A stretch of DNA of 64,000 nt from Eubacteriales bacterium (GCA_045537905.1 JAZSQJ010000038.1:2806-66805); one strand, 5' to 3'; numbered from the stretch's first letter, positions 43,107 to 53,888 are shown. Program-made: numbers and translations. The notes: generated by a model from the sequence alone, not told the origin.

Positions 43107-44663
43107 ATGAAAAACAGTAAAGCCATATACGCCCTTAAGCTGGTATTTCCCATCGTTGTAATGGGTACCCTTACGGGGGCAATAACGGGGGCGGGCGTTA
43201 CACTGTACCGCTTTATCGCCCACGAGGTAATCGGTATATCCAAGGGCGCTTACGCCCTTATACAGCAAAAGCCCTACCTTTTGCTTGCTTTGTTGCCCTG
43301 CCTTTTAGCCTTTGCCTTCCTGCTTGGCTATATCTACAAAAAAACGCCTACCCTAAAGGGCGGCGGTATCAGCGGAGCCATGGGTCTTGTGGGCGGATTT
43401 TTTACCTTTAAGTGGCTGGGAAGTCTGGTGGGGACGGTGCTTTTGTCCCTTAGCAACTTTCTTATCGCCGTGCCTTTAGGCAACGAGGGGCCCAGCGTGC
43501 AGATAGGAGCCTCCATCGGCAAGGCGGCAAGCGCTCTCTTAGGTAAGAGGGGCGAGGTTTGGAGCAGATACAGCATTGCAGGCGGTGCCTGCTCGGGCTT
43601 TGCGGCGGCAACGGGTGCCCCTATGACGGGGGTTATCTTTGCGGTTGAGGAAATGCACCGCCGTCTGTCTCCTATGATACTGCTTATGTCAATAGTGTCC
43701 GTGGCGGCTTGCCGCTTGGCTACGGAGCTTCTTTGTCCCGTGTTTGGACTGAGCGTGGGGCTTTTTCCCTCCCTGTCCCTGCCTGCTCTTGACACGGCAA
43801 AGCTTTGGATGCCCCTATGCGTGGGGCTGGTTATCGGCGCTTTCAGCCTGGGCTTTCTTTACGCCTTCAGAGCTATAAGCCGTCTTTGCTCCGATACCCT
43901 TGGGAGAGTAAAGGACGGGTATAAGATTTTTGCGGTGTTTGCTGCGACCGTGGCTCTGGGGCTTTGCTCCTACTCCTTTGTGTCCACAGGGCACGAGCTG
44001 GTGACAGAGCTGCTTGCTCCCGGCTCCTTTACCCTTATGCTGATGCTGCTTTTATTGGTGCGTAGCTTCCTTACCCTTTCCGCTAACGCTACCGGACTTA
44101 CGGGGGGGATGTTCCTGCCTACCCTTGCCGTTGCCGCTACCGCTTCCTCCTTGCTGGCTCACGGTCTTATTGCCCTTGGCGCTATCGGCGGTGAGTATTA
44201 CACCCTGATAGTCGTGCTGGGTGTGGTGGCAGGTATGTCGGGCACTATGAGTATGCCTTTCACCGCCATCCTCTTTTCTCTGGAGGCACTGGGCTGCGCA
44301 GGCAACCTGCTGGCAGTCTTTGCGGCTACGGGTGTTTCCTATCTGCTGGCGGTGCTGTTCCGTGCAGAGTCTATAAACGAGCTTGCCTTGGAAAAACGGC
44401 TGGAGACGGAAAGACGGGGCAAAACGCCCGTAGATGCGGAATACGACGTGGTTATACAAAGGGACGCCTTTGCCATAGGCAAGGAGGTCAGAGACATATT
44501 CTGGCCTGCAGGTCTGTTCGTTCGTTCCGTTACCCCTGCCGCCCATAGCTCCTCCCACGCCCACGGTCTGCTGCAGGAGGGCGACACTCTCCGTGTCTGC
44601 TACCGAAGCTATGACGACGAGGCTACGAGACGGGAGCTGTTTGCCATAGTGGGCAAGCAGTAA
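43107..44663 (+). CDS. ClC-family voltage-gated chloride channel/antiporter with C-terminal TrkA-C-like domain
   Basis: ClC signature segments GNEGPSVQIGASIG, GAPMTGVIFAVEE and GGMFLPTL in a polytopic membrane protein, with a soluble ~80-aa C-terminus. Confidence 0.9.
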   Translation: MKNSKAIYALKLVFPIVVMGTLTGAITGAGVTLYRFIAHEVIGISKGAYALIQQKPYLLLALLPCLLAFAFLLGYIYKKTPTLKGGGISGAMGLVGGFFTFKWLGSLVGTVLLSLSNFLIAVPLGNEGPSVQIGASIGKAASALLGKRGEVWSRYSIAGGACSGFAAATGAPMTGVIFAVEEMHRRLSPMILLMSIVSVAACRLATELLCPVFGLSVGLFPSLSLPALDTAKLWMPLCVGLVIGAFSLGFLYAFRAISRLCSDTLGRVKDGYKIFAVFAATVALGLCSYSFVSTGHELVTELLAPGSFTLMLMLLLLVRSFLTLSANATGLTGGMFLPTLAVAATASSLLAHGLIALGAIGGEYYTLIVVLGVVAGMSGTMSMPFTAILFSLEALGCAGNLLAVFAATGVSYLLAVLFRAESINELALEKRLETERRGKTPVDAEYDVVIQRDAFAIGKEVRDIFWPAGLFVRSVTPAAHSSSHAHGLLQEGDTLRVCYRSYDDEATRRELFAIVGKQ

Positions 44664-44765
44664 ATCACCCCAAGATGGGAACTCCGACAAAACAGCTGCT
44701 GTTTCTTTACCGAAGATTTTACACGGACTGCGAAAATTCTACTATTGTTTACCTTAACGACATCG

Positions 44766-44802
44766 AAAAAATAAGCCTTCCGCCAAGAAAGGCGAAAGGC
44801 TT
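44766..44802 (-). terminator. Intrinsic terminator of hom (minus strand)
   Basis: AAGCCTTCCGCC aagaaa GGCGAAAGGCTT (one mismatch), with a T-run on the minus strand (complement of GAAAAAA at 44765..44771). Confidence 0.7.
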
Positions 44803-44814
44803 GAAAAACTAATA

Positions 44815-46014
44815 TTAAAGAACAAAATGCTCGGCAATAAGGCTTGCACCGCTTGCCGCAAGCTTAGCCTTAAGAGCGCCGTAGCTGTCCTCTTCCGTGA
44901 TGATAGCTACCTCACCGCCGTCAAGCTGGGTAACGGTACCGAGAGCAGCCGCACCCTCAAAGGCTTTAGCACGGATGTAAAGCTTAACGGGACATTCGTC
45001 CAGAGAGAGGGTAAAGCCATCCTCCGCCTTAGCGCGGGGAGCTTCGGAAACGGGGCAACGGATAGCCTGTATAACGTCGGAAACAACTGCACTGGCGGTA
45101 GGCAAGCTGCCTGCGCCTCTGCCGTAAAACACCAGCTCATCCACCATATTACCCGTAACGGAAACGGCGTTAAATACGCCAACGGTGTCAGCGATAAGGT
45201 GCCCCTTCTTTACCAGGTGGGGGGCAACCATAAGGCTTGCCCTGTCACCGCAGGCCTTGGCAACGCCAAGAAGCTTGATAGCGTAGCCTGCCTTGTCTGC
45301 GGCGGCAATGTCTGCCTCGTCTATACCTGTGATACCTCGGCAAAGAGCGGCGTTTTCGGTAGGAATATGCTTGCCAAAGGCGATACCGCCAAGGATGCAT
45401 ATTTTACGCAAGGCGTCAAGACCCTCCACGTCGGCAGAGGGGTCCCTCTCCGCATAGCCTCTCTCCTGAGCGTCCTTAAGACAGTCCTCAAAGGAGGCAC
45501 CCTCGGTAAGCATCTTGGTAAGTATATAGTTGGTCGTGCCGTTAAGTATACCTGCAATGCGGGTAACCTTATTGGCGGTAAGGCAGTTTATAAGGGGATG
45601 GATAACGGGGATACCGCCGCCAACGCTTGCCTCGTACAGATAGCAAACGCCGTTTTCCTTAGCCGCCTCAAGAAGCACGTCGCCAAACTTGGAAACAACC
45701 TCTTTATTGGAGGTAACAACGCTTTTACCGCTTTGCAGTGCCTTAAGGGAAAAATCAAAGGCAGGGTGAGCGCCGCCCATAGTCTCAACGACAACCTTTA
45801 CGCTGTCGTCCTTCAAAATCTTATCAAAGTCGGAGGTAACTATACCTTCTACCTCGTGGCCTTCAAACTTACGTAAATCAAGCACGTGGGCAACCTTAAC
45901 AAGGGGACTGCCGTCACCGCCGAGTTTAACGGAAATATCCCTTGCGTTATTCTTAAGCACCTCGTACACGCCGCTGCCAACAACGCCGAAGCCGAGTATT
46001 GCAATGTTTGTCAT
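44815..46014 (-). CDS. hom: Homoserine dehydrogenase with C-terminal ACT domain
   Basis: MTNIAILGFGVVGSGVYEVL (NAD-binding), NGTTNYILTKM, GYAERDPSADVEGLDALRKICIL. Confidence 0.93.
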   Translation of the reverse strand: MTNIAILGFGVVGSGVYEVLKNNARDISVKLGGDGSPLVKVAHVLDLRKFEGHEVEGIVTSDFDKILKDDSVKVVVETMGGAHPAFDFSLKALQSGKSVVTSNKEVVSKFGDVLLEAAKENGVCYLYEASVGGGIPVIHPLINCLTANKVTRIAGILNGTTNYILTKMLTEGASFEDCLKDAQERGYAERDPSADVEGLDALRKICILGGIAFGKHIPTENAALCRGITGIDEADIAAADKAGYAIKLLGVAKACGDRASLMVAPHLVKKGHLIADTVGVFNAVSVTGNMVDELVFYGRGAGSLPTASAVVSDVIQAIRCPVSEAPRAKAEDGFTLSLDECPVKLYIRAKAFEGAAALGTVTQLDGGEVAIITEEDSYGALKAKLAASGASLIAEHFVL

Positions 46015-46157
46015 ATTTCAACTTCCTCCAAAGCATAATCGTATATCCTATAATACCATATCAAAACCCTCATTGCAATAGTAAGTTTTGAAAAATAAGC
46101 CTGATACCGCTATTGATTTTTTTATACTGTTGGTATATAATGATAATTTAGAGAGGT

Positions 46158-48446
46158 ATGGTTATGATAGAGCTACAAAAAACGCCCCCGGCAGTAACTG
46201 AATATTTTGCTTCCAAGGCGGCGGATTTTGACAGCGCCGTTATGCTGCTTCGCACTGACAGAGGCAAGGACCTTATGCGGCGTGACGTGTGGATACTGCT
46301 TACGGAGCAGAGCCTTTACGTTGCCGAGGGTGTGGTTGCCATAAGCCGAGGCAGGCGTGGCTTCAAAAAGCAAAGCGCCGCCAGCTTTATGACGGAGGAG
46401 CTTCTCGTTTACCCCTTGGCAGACTTGAAAAAATTCCGTATGGAGTCCAAGCTGTCAGGCGGGGAGTTTATCTGCGCCCAAAAGGGCGAGCCGCTGTTGC
46501 TTTTTAACTACTCTGCTGCCTGCAGTCACGACGTAAGGCTGCTTAAGGACGCCCTCTCCCAGCTGGAAAAGAAGGGAGTGGCAGACGAGGCAAAGCTAAG
46601 GGAGCAGATAAAGGAGCTACCCTATTGTCCTAAATGCGGCAGACGCTATACGGACGAAAAGCGTAAGCTGTGCAGCTACTGTATTGACCGTGTAAGGCTT
46701 ATAAAAAAGCTAAGCTATTTCTTCATCCGTTACAAGGGCTATATGGCTATGGTTTTTCTCACCATCGCCCTTATGACGGGTATCGGTCTTATCGTGCCCC
46801 AGATTTCCTCAAAGATGTTTTATAACGAGGTGCTTACCGAGGGTGGCAGCTACTACGGCAGGATATGGTACGTGGTAGGACTTATAGTGGGTGTCCGTTT
46901 TCTGTCCCTTTTGGTCAGCACGGTAAACGGTATAATCACCGCAAGGGTGTCCACCCGTGTAAACTACGACCTTAAAAATACAATCTACAAGGCAATAAAC
47001 CGTTTGTCTCTGGGTTTCTTTTCCTCCAGACAAACGGGCGGACTTATGACCCAGATAAACAACGACGCCAACACCATATACTGGTTCTTTTGCGACGGCT
47101 TTCCTTATCTGGTAACCAACGCTATCCAGCTGGTTGGCGTTATGGTGATAATGCTGTTTACCAACGTAAGCCTTACCCTTTACACCTTTATCACCGTACC
47201 CCTGTTCTTTTTGATATACAAAACCCTGTTTGCACTGTTTGAAAGGCTTCACGCTAAGTCCTTTGCAAAACGCCGTTCTATGAACTCTCTTATATCCGAC
47301 GTGCTTAACGGTATGCGCGTGGTAAAATCCTACGCCAGGGAGGACATTGAGGTCAAGCGTTTTGACAGCCGCAGTCAGGCTATGGCAGATGCAGATACCA
47401 CGGTACAGGTAACCGCCAGTAAAACCTTCCCCTTTTTGGGCTTCCTTCTCCAGACGGGCTCCTTCGTTGTCTGGGCGGTAGGGGGCAGACAGATTATAGA
47501 GCAGGGGAATATGAGCTACGGCGACCTTATGGCTTTTTTAGCCTACGTTAGTATGGTTTACTCGCCTATCGACTTCTTTGCGGACGTGGCAAACTGGTGG
47601 ACGGAGTGTCTTAACGCTCTCCAGCGTTTGTTTGAGATCGGCGATGCAAACCCCGATATAGAGGAAAAGGAAAACGCCGTGGTTTTGGACTCTGTAAAGG
47701 GTGACGTGGAGTTTGAGGGTGTAAGCTTTGCCTACGGAGAGGGCAGAGACGTTATAAAGAACGTAAGCTTTACGGTGCCCCGGGGTACTATCCTTGGCAT
47801 AGTAGGCCACACGGGTGCGGGCAAGTCCACCCTGGCAAACCTGCTTACAAGGCTTTACGACCCCAGAGAGGGCAGTATAAAAATAGACGGCGTTGATATA
47901 AGGGAGCTTTCCCTTTCCTCCCTCCGTGGGAGCATTGCCATAGTATCCCAGGAGACCTATCTGTTCCGAGGCACTATAATGGATAACATCCGCTATGCAA
48001 GACCCTCGGCAACGGCAGAGGAGGTTATTGCCGCATCCAAGGCGGCATCCGCCCACGATTTTATTATCAAGTATCCCGATGGGTATCAGACTATGGTGGG
48101 CATCGGCAACAAGGAGCTGTCCGGCGGCGAAAAGCAAAGGGTATCCATTGCCCGCGCTCTTCTTACCAACCCCCGTATACTTATCCTTGACGAGGCAACC
48201 GCCGCTATGGACACCCAGACCGAAAGGCAGATACAAGCCGCTCTTAACGGTATAACCAAGGGGCGCACAACCATTATTATCGCTCACAGGCTTTCCACCC
48301 TCCGTGAGGCGGACAAGCTTATAGTTATAGAAAAGGGCGCCGTGGTAGAAAGCGGTACAGCCGAGGAGCTGCTCCGTGAAAAGGGCGTTTACTACAAGCT
48401 GTATAAGCTACAGGCAGAGGCGCTTAAGACCGTAGGTGTGGAATAG
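46158..48446 (+). CDS. ABC transporter, fused permease/ATPase (exporter type) with N-terminal PH-like + zinc-ribbon extension
   Basis: CPKCGRRYTDEKRKLCSYC (~46626..46685), six-TM exporter domain, Walker A GHTGAGKST, signature LSGGEKQRVSIARA, Walker B ILILDEATAAMD. Confidence 0.9.
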   Translation: MVMIELQKTPPAVTEYFASKAADFDSAVMLLRTDRGKDLMRRDVWILLTEQSLYVAEGVVAISRGRRGFKKQSAASFMTEELLVYPLADLKKFRMESKLSGGEFICAQKGEPLLLFNYSAACSHDVRLLKDALSQLEKKGVADEAKLREQIKELPYCPKCGRRYTDEKRKLCSYCIDRVRLIKKLSYFFIRYKGYMAMVFLTIALMTGIGLIVPQISSKMFYNEVLTEGGSYYGRIWYVVGLIVGVRFLSLLVSTVNGIITARVSTRVNYDLKNTIYKAINRLSLGFFSSRQTGGLMTQINNDANTIYWFFCDGFPYLVTNAIQLVGVMVIMLFTNVSLTLYTFITVPLFFLIYKTLFALFERLHAKSFAKRRSMNSLISDVLNGMRVVKSYAREDIEVKRFDSRSQAMADADTTVQVTASKTFPFLGFLLQTGSFVVWAVGGRQIIEQGNMSYGDLMAFLAYVSMVYSPIDFFADVANWWTECLNALQRLFEIGDANPDIEEKENAVVLDSVKGDVEFEGVSFAYGEGRDVIKNVSFTVPRGTILGIVGHTGAGKSTLANLLTRLYDPREGSIKIDGVDIRELSLSSLRGSIAIVSQETYLFRGTIMDNIRYARPSATAEEVIAASKAASAHDFIIKYPDGYQTMVGIGNKELSGGEKQRVSIARALLTNPRILILDEATAAMDTQTERQIQAALNGITKGRTTIIIAHRLSTLREADKLIVIEKGAVVESGTAEELLREKGVYYKLYKLQAEALKTVGVE

Positions 48447-48455
48447 GAGGACGAT

Positions 48456-49076
48456 ATGGCAAACGCTTTTATTGATTTGGTTGACATAATATATTTCACC
48501 CCTGAAAACGCCAGGTTTTACAAAACAAAAAACGGCTTTGCGGCACTAAACGCCTTTATCCCTCCCGTTAACAAGGACGACCTTGCCATAGAGGGGGAGG
48601 AGAAAAAGGGTAAAGGAGGGGCGCCCTCCGCTTCCGTTTACAAGGAGGAGGGGGACAAAAGTCCCGTATGGCAGGACCTGGGCAGGGTGCTGTTCCACCG
48701 TGCCTTCCCCTACGAGCGGCCTGAGGAGTTTATCTCCGTCCAGGACGAGGAGGGGAGAGAATACGGTATCATCAAGGCGCTGTCAGACTTTGACGGACAG
48801 GGCAGGGAGATAATAGACGAGGCACTGCGTCGTAAGTATTTTTGCCCCGAGATAAAAAAGATTAACAAGCTGGAGGAGCAGTTTGGCTACTCCTTATGGG
48901 AGGTAGAAACGGATATAGGCCCTATGGAGATGGTGCTTAAGGACACCTACGGCAGTATTATCCGCATAAGCGACACCTACCTTGTTATAGTTGACGTAAG
49001 CGGCAACAGGTATCTTTTACCCGACGTTACCGCCCTTGACAGAAAAAGCTACCGTAAAATAGAGCTATATCTATAA
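48456..49076 (+). CDS. DUF1854-like protein sandwiched between the two ABC genes
   Basis: FHRAFPYERPEEFISVQDEEGREYGIIKALSDFD fits my recollection of the DUF1854 pattern, which is typically found in this ABC-x-ABC arrangement. Confidence 0.7.
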   Translation: MANAFIDLVDIIYFTPENARFYKTKNGFAALNAFIPPVNKDDLAIEGEEKKGKGGAPSASVYKEEGDKSPVWQDLGRVLFHRAFPYERPEEFISVQDEEGREYGIIKALSDFDGQGREIIDEALRRKYFCPEIKKINKLEEQFGYSLWEVETDIGPMEMVLKDTYGSIIRISDTYLVIVDVSGNRYLLPDVTALDRKSYRKIELYL

Positions 49077-49088
49077 AAGGAAAACAAT

Positions 49089-51317
49089 ATGGGCTATTCT
49101 TTTTCAAAAAAGAACAAAAAGAATACGGATACACCCCTGTCGGAAAGCAGGCAAAAGCTGTACGGGCTTATCCCCGAGGGCGAGGAGAGGGTAGCCACCG
49201 CCTCCTATAACCTTAGCTTTGCCAACGCCGTTATTGACGGTGCAGTGGCGCTTACTAAGGACAGGCTTTACCTTTACGACAGCGAAAAGGGAGGCAGAAG
49301 CCTGCCTGTTTCCCACCTTAAGGACGTCAAGACCGTGCAGTACGTAGGCTGTATTGCCCTTGAGTACCAAGAGGACGGGGACAGTGTGGAGCTGTGCAGA
49401 AGCAGTATGACCAACGGGGAAAACCTACGCCGTCTGGTCAAGCGTGCCGCCGCCATTTACGAGGGCAGACACTTTGAGACGGGAGAGGCGGAAAAGCAAA
49501 GCCTTTGTCCCCGCTGCGGCAGACCCTACAGGGCAGGCAGCAATAACTGCGAGCGTTGCGTAGGTAAAAAGGGCCTTTACCGCCGTTTGCTTCAGTACGT
49601 AAAGCCCTACGCTTTACCTATATCCATAGCTATACTTTTGTATTTTGCCAACAGCGGACTGAGGCTTTTGTCTCCCCTGTTGCAAAAGACCCTGGTAGAC
49701 GAATACATACAATCGGGCAAGCCCTTTGCCGAGCTTGCCGCAGGCTTTTATATAATCATAACCCTTATGGTGCTGACGGCGCTGTCCGTAGTGGTGGCAA
49801 GGCTTATCCGCAGTACCATAATGATTAAGGTGGGCAACAAGGTGGCGGTCAAGCTCCGCAGTCTTGTCTTTGCCAGCGTAAACAAAATGTCCCTGGGTGA
49901 CGTCCACCGCCGTACAGCGGGTGAGCTTATAACGAGGGTCACCTCGGATACCCAGGTGCTAAAGCAGTTTTTGACAAATACCGTGCCGGAGTTGTTTCAG
50001 TTTGGCATAATGCTTGTAACCACCATCGCCATACTTTTCAGTATGAACTGGCGGCTGGGTATGTTTATCCTTCTTCCCGTGCCTCTGCTTGTTCTCTGCT
50101 TCCGTATGACAAGACGCCGTGTTCACAGGCTGTACCGCCAGCAGTGGCAGGCAAACTCTGCGGTAAACACAGTGCTGCACGACGTATTTTCGGGCATCCG
50201 CGTGGTAAAGGTTTTCGGCACCGAGGCAGAGGAGCTTAAACGCTTTGACAGGGCAGTAAAAAAGGAGGCTGATATTGCCTTCCGTAACGAGCTGGTATGG
50301 TGCCTGCTTATGCCTACGGTAGACTTCCTTATGCGTGTAGGGGAGTACGCTACCCTTATAATAGCAGGCGGTATGGTGATAGAGGGCAGCCTCAGTATGG
50401 GCAGCGTTCAGCAGCTTGTGTCCTATACGGCTATGGTTTACGAGCCTATCCGTTGGATGTCCGGCGTGCCCCGTGTGCTTACCCGTACCGCTACCTCTAT
50501 GCACAAGGTTTTTGAGATTATAGACGAGGAGCCTGACGTTAAGGATGCTCCAAACCCTATAGAAAAGCAGATAGAGGGCAACGTCAGCTTCAAGGGAGCC
50601 TTCTTTGGCTACAACAGTCTGGAGTACGTGCTTAAGGACATAAACCTTGACATCAAAAAGGGCGAGATGATAGGCATAGTGGGCAGAAGCGGCGTGGGTA
50701 AGTCCACTCTTATCAATCTGGTAATGCGTCTTTACGACCTGGACGAGGGCACCCTTCTGGTAGACGGCGTGCCTATCGGTAAGTACAGCCAAAGCTGTTT
50801 ACGCTCCCAGATAGGCGTGGTACTGCAGGAAAGCTTCCTTTTTAAGGGTACCATCAGCCAGAATATATCCTACGGCACTCCCGATGCGGACTACGACAGC
50901 ATCATCCGTGCCGCAAAATCCGGCGGAGCCCACTCCTTTATAATGAGCCGACCCGACGCTTACGACAGCGTTGTAAGCGAGCGTGGGCAAAGCCTTAGCG
51001 GCGGCGAGCGGCAGCGTGTGCAAATTGCCCGTGCTATCCTTCGCAACCCCCGCATATTGATTCTTGATGAGGCAACCTCGGCACTGGATACCGAGACCGA
51101 AAAGCAGATACAGGACGCTATTGCCGCCTTCACCAAGGACAGGACCACCATAGCCATAGCTCACCGCCTGTCAACCCTCCGCAATGCCAACCGTCTGGTG
51201 GTACTGGAAAAGGGCAGAGTAGAGGAAACGGGCAGCCATGAGGAGCTTATGAAAAAAGGCGGCAGATACTACAAGCTGGTAATGGCACAGCGAGGCATAT
51301 CCAAGCTAAGTAAATGA
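49089..51317 (+). CDS. ABC transporter, fused permease/ATPase, with N-terminal PH-like + zinc-ribbon extension
   Basis: CPRCGRPYRAGSNNCERC (~49506..49559), Walker A GRSGVGKST, LSGGERQRVQIARA, ILILDEATSALD. Confidence 0.9.
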   Translation: MGYSFSKKNKKNTDTPLSESRQKLYGLIPEGEERVATASYNLSFANAVIDGAVALTKDRLYLYDSEKGGRSLPVSHLKDVKTVQYVGCIALEYQEDGDSVELCRSSMTNGENLRRLVKRAAAIYEGRHFETGEAEKQSLCPRCGRPYRAGSNNCERCVGKKGLYRRLLQYVKPYALPISIAILLYFANSGLRLLSPLLQKTLVDEYIQSGKPFAELAAGFYIIITLMVLTALSVVVARLIRSTIMIKVGNKVAVKLRSLVFASVNKMSLGDVHRRTAGELITRVTSDTQVLKQFLTNTVPELFQFGIMLVTTIAILFSMNWRLGMFILLPVPLLVLCFRMTRRRVHRLYRQQWQANSAVNTVLHDVFSGIRVVKVFGTEAEELKRFDRAVKKEADIAFRNELVWCLLMPTVDFLMRVGEYATLIIAGGMVIEGSLSMGSVQQLVSYTAMVYEPIRWMSGVPRVLTRTATSMHKVFEIIDEEPDVKDAPNPIEKQIEGNVSFKGAFFGYNSLEYVLKDINLDIKKGEMIGIVGRSGVGKSTLINLVMRLYDLDEGTLLVDGVPIGKYSQSCLRSQIGVVLQESFLFKGTISQNISYGTPDADYDSIIRAAKSGGAHSFIMSRPDAYDSVVSERGQSLSGGERQRVQIARAILRNPRILILDEATSALDTETEKQIQDAIAAFTKDRTTIAIAHRLSTLRNANRLVVLEKGRVEETGSHEELMKKGGRYYKLVMAQRGISKLSK

Positions 51318-51342
51318 CATCCGAAAGGACGGTTATATAATT

Positions 51343-52299
51343 ATGAAGATTACAGTAATAGGCTGCGGCAGATGGGGCTCCTTTATAGCCTACTATCTGG
51401 ACCGCATCGGCAATCAGGTTACCATAGGTGCACAGCCTGACGATGCTGGGGCGCACTCCTTTGCGGAAAGCCGCACCAACGGCACGATAGTTATGCCGGA
51501 CAGGGTACGGTTTGTGTTTGACGTCAAAGAGTCGGTAGAGGAAGCAGAGATAGTCGTGTTCTCCGTCCCCTCCCAAAACCTCCGTGGGCTTTTGACCGAG
51601 CTTAAGGAGAGTATGGCGGGCAAGGGTATTATTCTTTGTATGAAGGGGCTGGAGATATCCACGGGCAAACGCCTTACTGAAGTTGTGGGCGACGTTCTGC
51701 CCGAAAACAAGGCGGCAGTCTGGGTAGGCCCCGGCCACCCTCAGGAGTTTGCCGAGGGCAAGCCTAACTGTATGGTAATAGACAGCAGCGACAGGGACTA
51801 TATGAAGCTGCTTGTAGACAGCTTTACAGGGGAGCTTATCCGTTTTTACTACGGTGAGGATCTGATAGGCAACGAGGTTGGTGCCGCTACGAAGAACGTT
51901 ATAGGTATAGCGGCAGGGCTTCTTGACGGTATAGGTCTGCCCTCCCTTAAGGGTGCCCTGATGTCCAGAGGCACAAGGGAGATAGCAAGGCTTATCGAGG
52001 CTATGGGAGGCAATCCTCTCTCCGCCTACGGGCTTTGCCACCTGGGTGACTACGAGGCAACCGTGTTCTCTAAGTTCAGCCACAACCGCTATTTTGGCGA
52101 AGCCTTTGCCAAGGGCGAAAGCTACACCCTTCTTGCGGAGGGTGCCTATACCGTGCAGGCGCTTATGCGTATCAAGGACGAGCTGGGGGTAGAGCTTCCC
52201 ATCTGTACGGCGGTAAACGATATAGTACACGGAGGAGCAGACCCCAAGGCAACCCTTAACGCCCTCTTTGCCCGCACCATTAAAACAGAGTTTGAATAA
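51343..52299 (+). CDS. gpsA: NAD(P)H-dependent glycerol-3-phosphate dehydrogenase-like protein (divergent GpsA family)
   Basis: MKITVIGCGRWGSFIAYYL (Rossmann), KGLEISTGKRL, GPGHPQEFAEGKP, NEVGAATKNVIGIAAGLLDG, HLGDYEATVFSKFSHNRYFG. Confidence 0.75.
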   Translation: MKITVIGCGRWGSFIAYYLDRIGNQVTIGAQPDDAGAHSFAESRTNGTIVMPDRVRFVFDVKESVEEAEIVVFSVPSQNLRGLLTELKESMAGKGIILCMKGLEISTGKRLTEVVGDVLPENKAAVWVGPGHPQEFAEGKPNCMVIDSSDRDYMKLLVDSFTGELIRFYYGEDLIGNEVGAATKNVIGIAAGLLDGIGLPSLKGALMSRGTREIARLIEAMGGNPLSAYGLCHLGDYEATVFSKFSHNRYFGEAFAKGESYTLLAEGAYTVQALMRIKDELGVELPICTAVNDIVHGGADPKATLNALFARTIKTEFE

Positions 52300-52326
52300 A
52301 AATAACATAAAAAGAGGTATTGCAGT

Positions 52327-53727
52327 ATGAAAAACACCGAAAAAACAATGGAAAAAATCGTTGCCCATTGCAAAAACCGCGGCTTTGTATACAGCGGCAG
52401 TGAAATCTACGGCGGTCTTGCAAACGCATGGGACTTTGGCCCTCTGGGCGTTGAGATGAAAAACAATCTCAAAAGAGCCTGGTGGCAGAAGTTCGTACAG
52501 GAAAGACCCGAGAACGTAGGTCTTGACAGTGCTATTCTTATGAACCCCAAGGTTTGGGTTGCATCCGGCCACGTTGGCGGCTTTTCTGACCCTCTTATGG
52601 ATTGCCGCGGCTGTAAAATGCGTCACCGTGCAGACAAGCTCATCGAGGAATACGTGGCAGAAACCGGCGAGGACGTAAATCCCGGTGCTATGAGCTTTGA
52701 CGATATGGCTCAGTTCATCAAGGAAAAGGGCATAACCTGCCCCCACTGCGGCAAGGCTGACTTTACCGATATAAAGAAGTTTAACCTTATGTTCAAGACC
52801 TTCCAGGGCGTTACCGAGGACAGTGCGGCAGAGATTTATCTCCGTCCCGAAACGGCTCAGGGTATCTTTGTAAACTTCAAGAACATTCAGCGTACCACCA
52901 GAAAAAAGCTTCCCTTCGGCGTTTGTCAGATAGGTAAGTCCTTCCGTAACGAAATCACCCCCGGTAACTTTATCTTCCGTATCCGTGAGTTTGAGCAGAT
53001 GGAGATGGAATTCTTCTGCAAGCCCGGTACCGACCTTGAGTGGTTTGCTTTCTGGAAGGATTACTGTGCCAACTTCCTTTACAGCCTGGGTATGGATAAG
53101 GACAACCTTAAGCTTCGTGACCACGACCCCGAGGAGCTTTGCTTCTACTCCAAGGCTACTACCGACTTCGAGTATCTGTTCCCCTTCGGCTGGGGTGAGC
53201 TTTGGGGCATCGCCGACCGTACCGACTACGACCTTACACAGCACTCCGAGCATAGCGGTGAAAGCCTTGAGTATTTCGATCCCGAAACCAACGAAAAGTA
53301 TATCCCCTACGTTATCGAGCCCTCTCTGGGTGCAGACAGAGTTATGCTTGCCTTCCTCGTTGAGTCCTATGACGAGGAGGACATCGGCACTCCTGAAAAG
53401 CCCGATATCAGAACGGTTATGCACCTGCATCCCGCAATCGCTCCCTTCAAGGCGGCAATCCTGCCCCTTTCCAAGAAGCTTTCCGACAAGGCTGCAGAGA
53501 TATACAACGAGCTTGCTAAGAGCTTCCCCGTTGATTTTGACGACACAGGCTCCATCGGTAAGCGTTACCGCCGTGAGGGCGAGATTGGTACCCCCTTCTG
53601 CATTACCTACGACTTTGAAAGCGAAGAGGACGGTTGCGTAACCGTTCGCGACCGTGACACAATGCAGCAGGTAAGGCTTCCTATCTCCGAGCTTAAGGAT
53701 TATATTGCAAAGTCTCTTGAGTTTTAG
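52327..53727 (+). CDS. glyQS: Glycine--tRNA ligase (single-chain, class II)
   Basis: [81 protein letters not shown]. The start may instead be the internal Met at MEKIV. Confidence 0.95.
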   Translation: MKNTEKTMEKIVAHCKNRGFVYSGSEIYGGLANAWDFGPLGVEMKNNLKRAWWQKFVQERPENVGLDSAILMNPKVWVASGHVGGFSDPLMDCRGCKMRHRADKLIEEYVAETGEDVNPGAMSFDDMAQFIKEKGITCPHCGKADFTDIKKFNLMFKTFQGVTEDSAAEIYLRPETAQGIFVNFKNIQRTTRKKLPFGVCQIGKSFRNEITPGNFIFRIREFEQMEMEFFCKPGTDLEWFAFWKDYCANFLYSLGMDKDNLKLRDHDPEELCFYSKATTDFEYLFPFGWGELWGIADRTDYDLTQHSEHSGESLEYFDPETNEKYIPYVIEPSLGADRVMLAFLVESYDEEDIGTPEKPDIRTVMHLHPAIAPFKAAILPLSKKLSDKAAEIYNELAKSFPVDFDDTGSIGKRYRREGEIGTPFCITYDFESEEDGCVTVRDRDTMQQVRLPISELKDYIAKSLEF

Positions 53728-53765
53728 GCGTAATATAAAGCTATAAGTAATAGTGAAAAAGCGCA

Positions 53766-53806
53766 GAGGGCAATAAACCGTCTCGGTCTATTGCCCTCGT
53801 TTTTTT
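53766..53806 (+). terminator. Intrinsic terminator of glyQS
   Basis: GAGGGCAATA (loop) TATTGCCCTC g TTTTTTT. Confidence 0.85.
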
Positions 53807-53860
53807 ATAAGGTGTGTTAAATTGTAAAAACGCTTTCATATACGGTTAATCGCAACAGTT

Positions 53861-53888
53861 TAATCGTAGGGGCGACCATTGGTCGCCC
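53861..53888. repeat. REP-like GC hairpin with TAATCGTAG flank, copy 1
   Basis: TAATCGTAG GGGCGACC att GGTCGCCC. Confidence 0.6.

Noticed and set aside
44827-45876. 349-aa plus-strand ORF
   Set aside because: It lies antisense to homoserine dehydrogenase, a clear homologue on the minus strand.
52300-52326. T-box leader or other riboswitch upstream of glyQS
   Set aside because: Only 27 nt separate gpsA-like and glyQS, which leaves no room for a T-box. The two genes are apparently co-transcribed.
51247-53430. 727-aa minus-strand ORF, the longest reverse ORF in the track
   Set aside because: It lies antisense to gpsA-like and glyQS, both of which have unmistakable family motifs on the plus strand. 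Its translation is low-complexity (V/G/L/K/A-rich) with no motif, no RBS and no promoter context. It is an antisense artefact.
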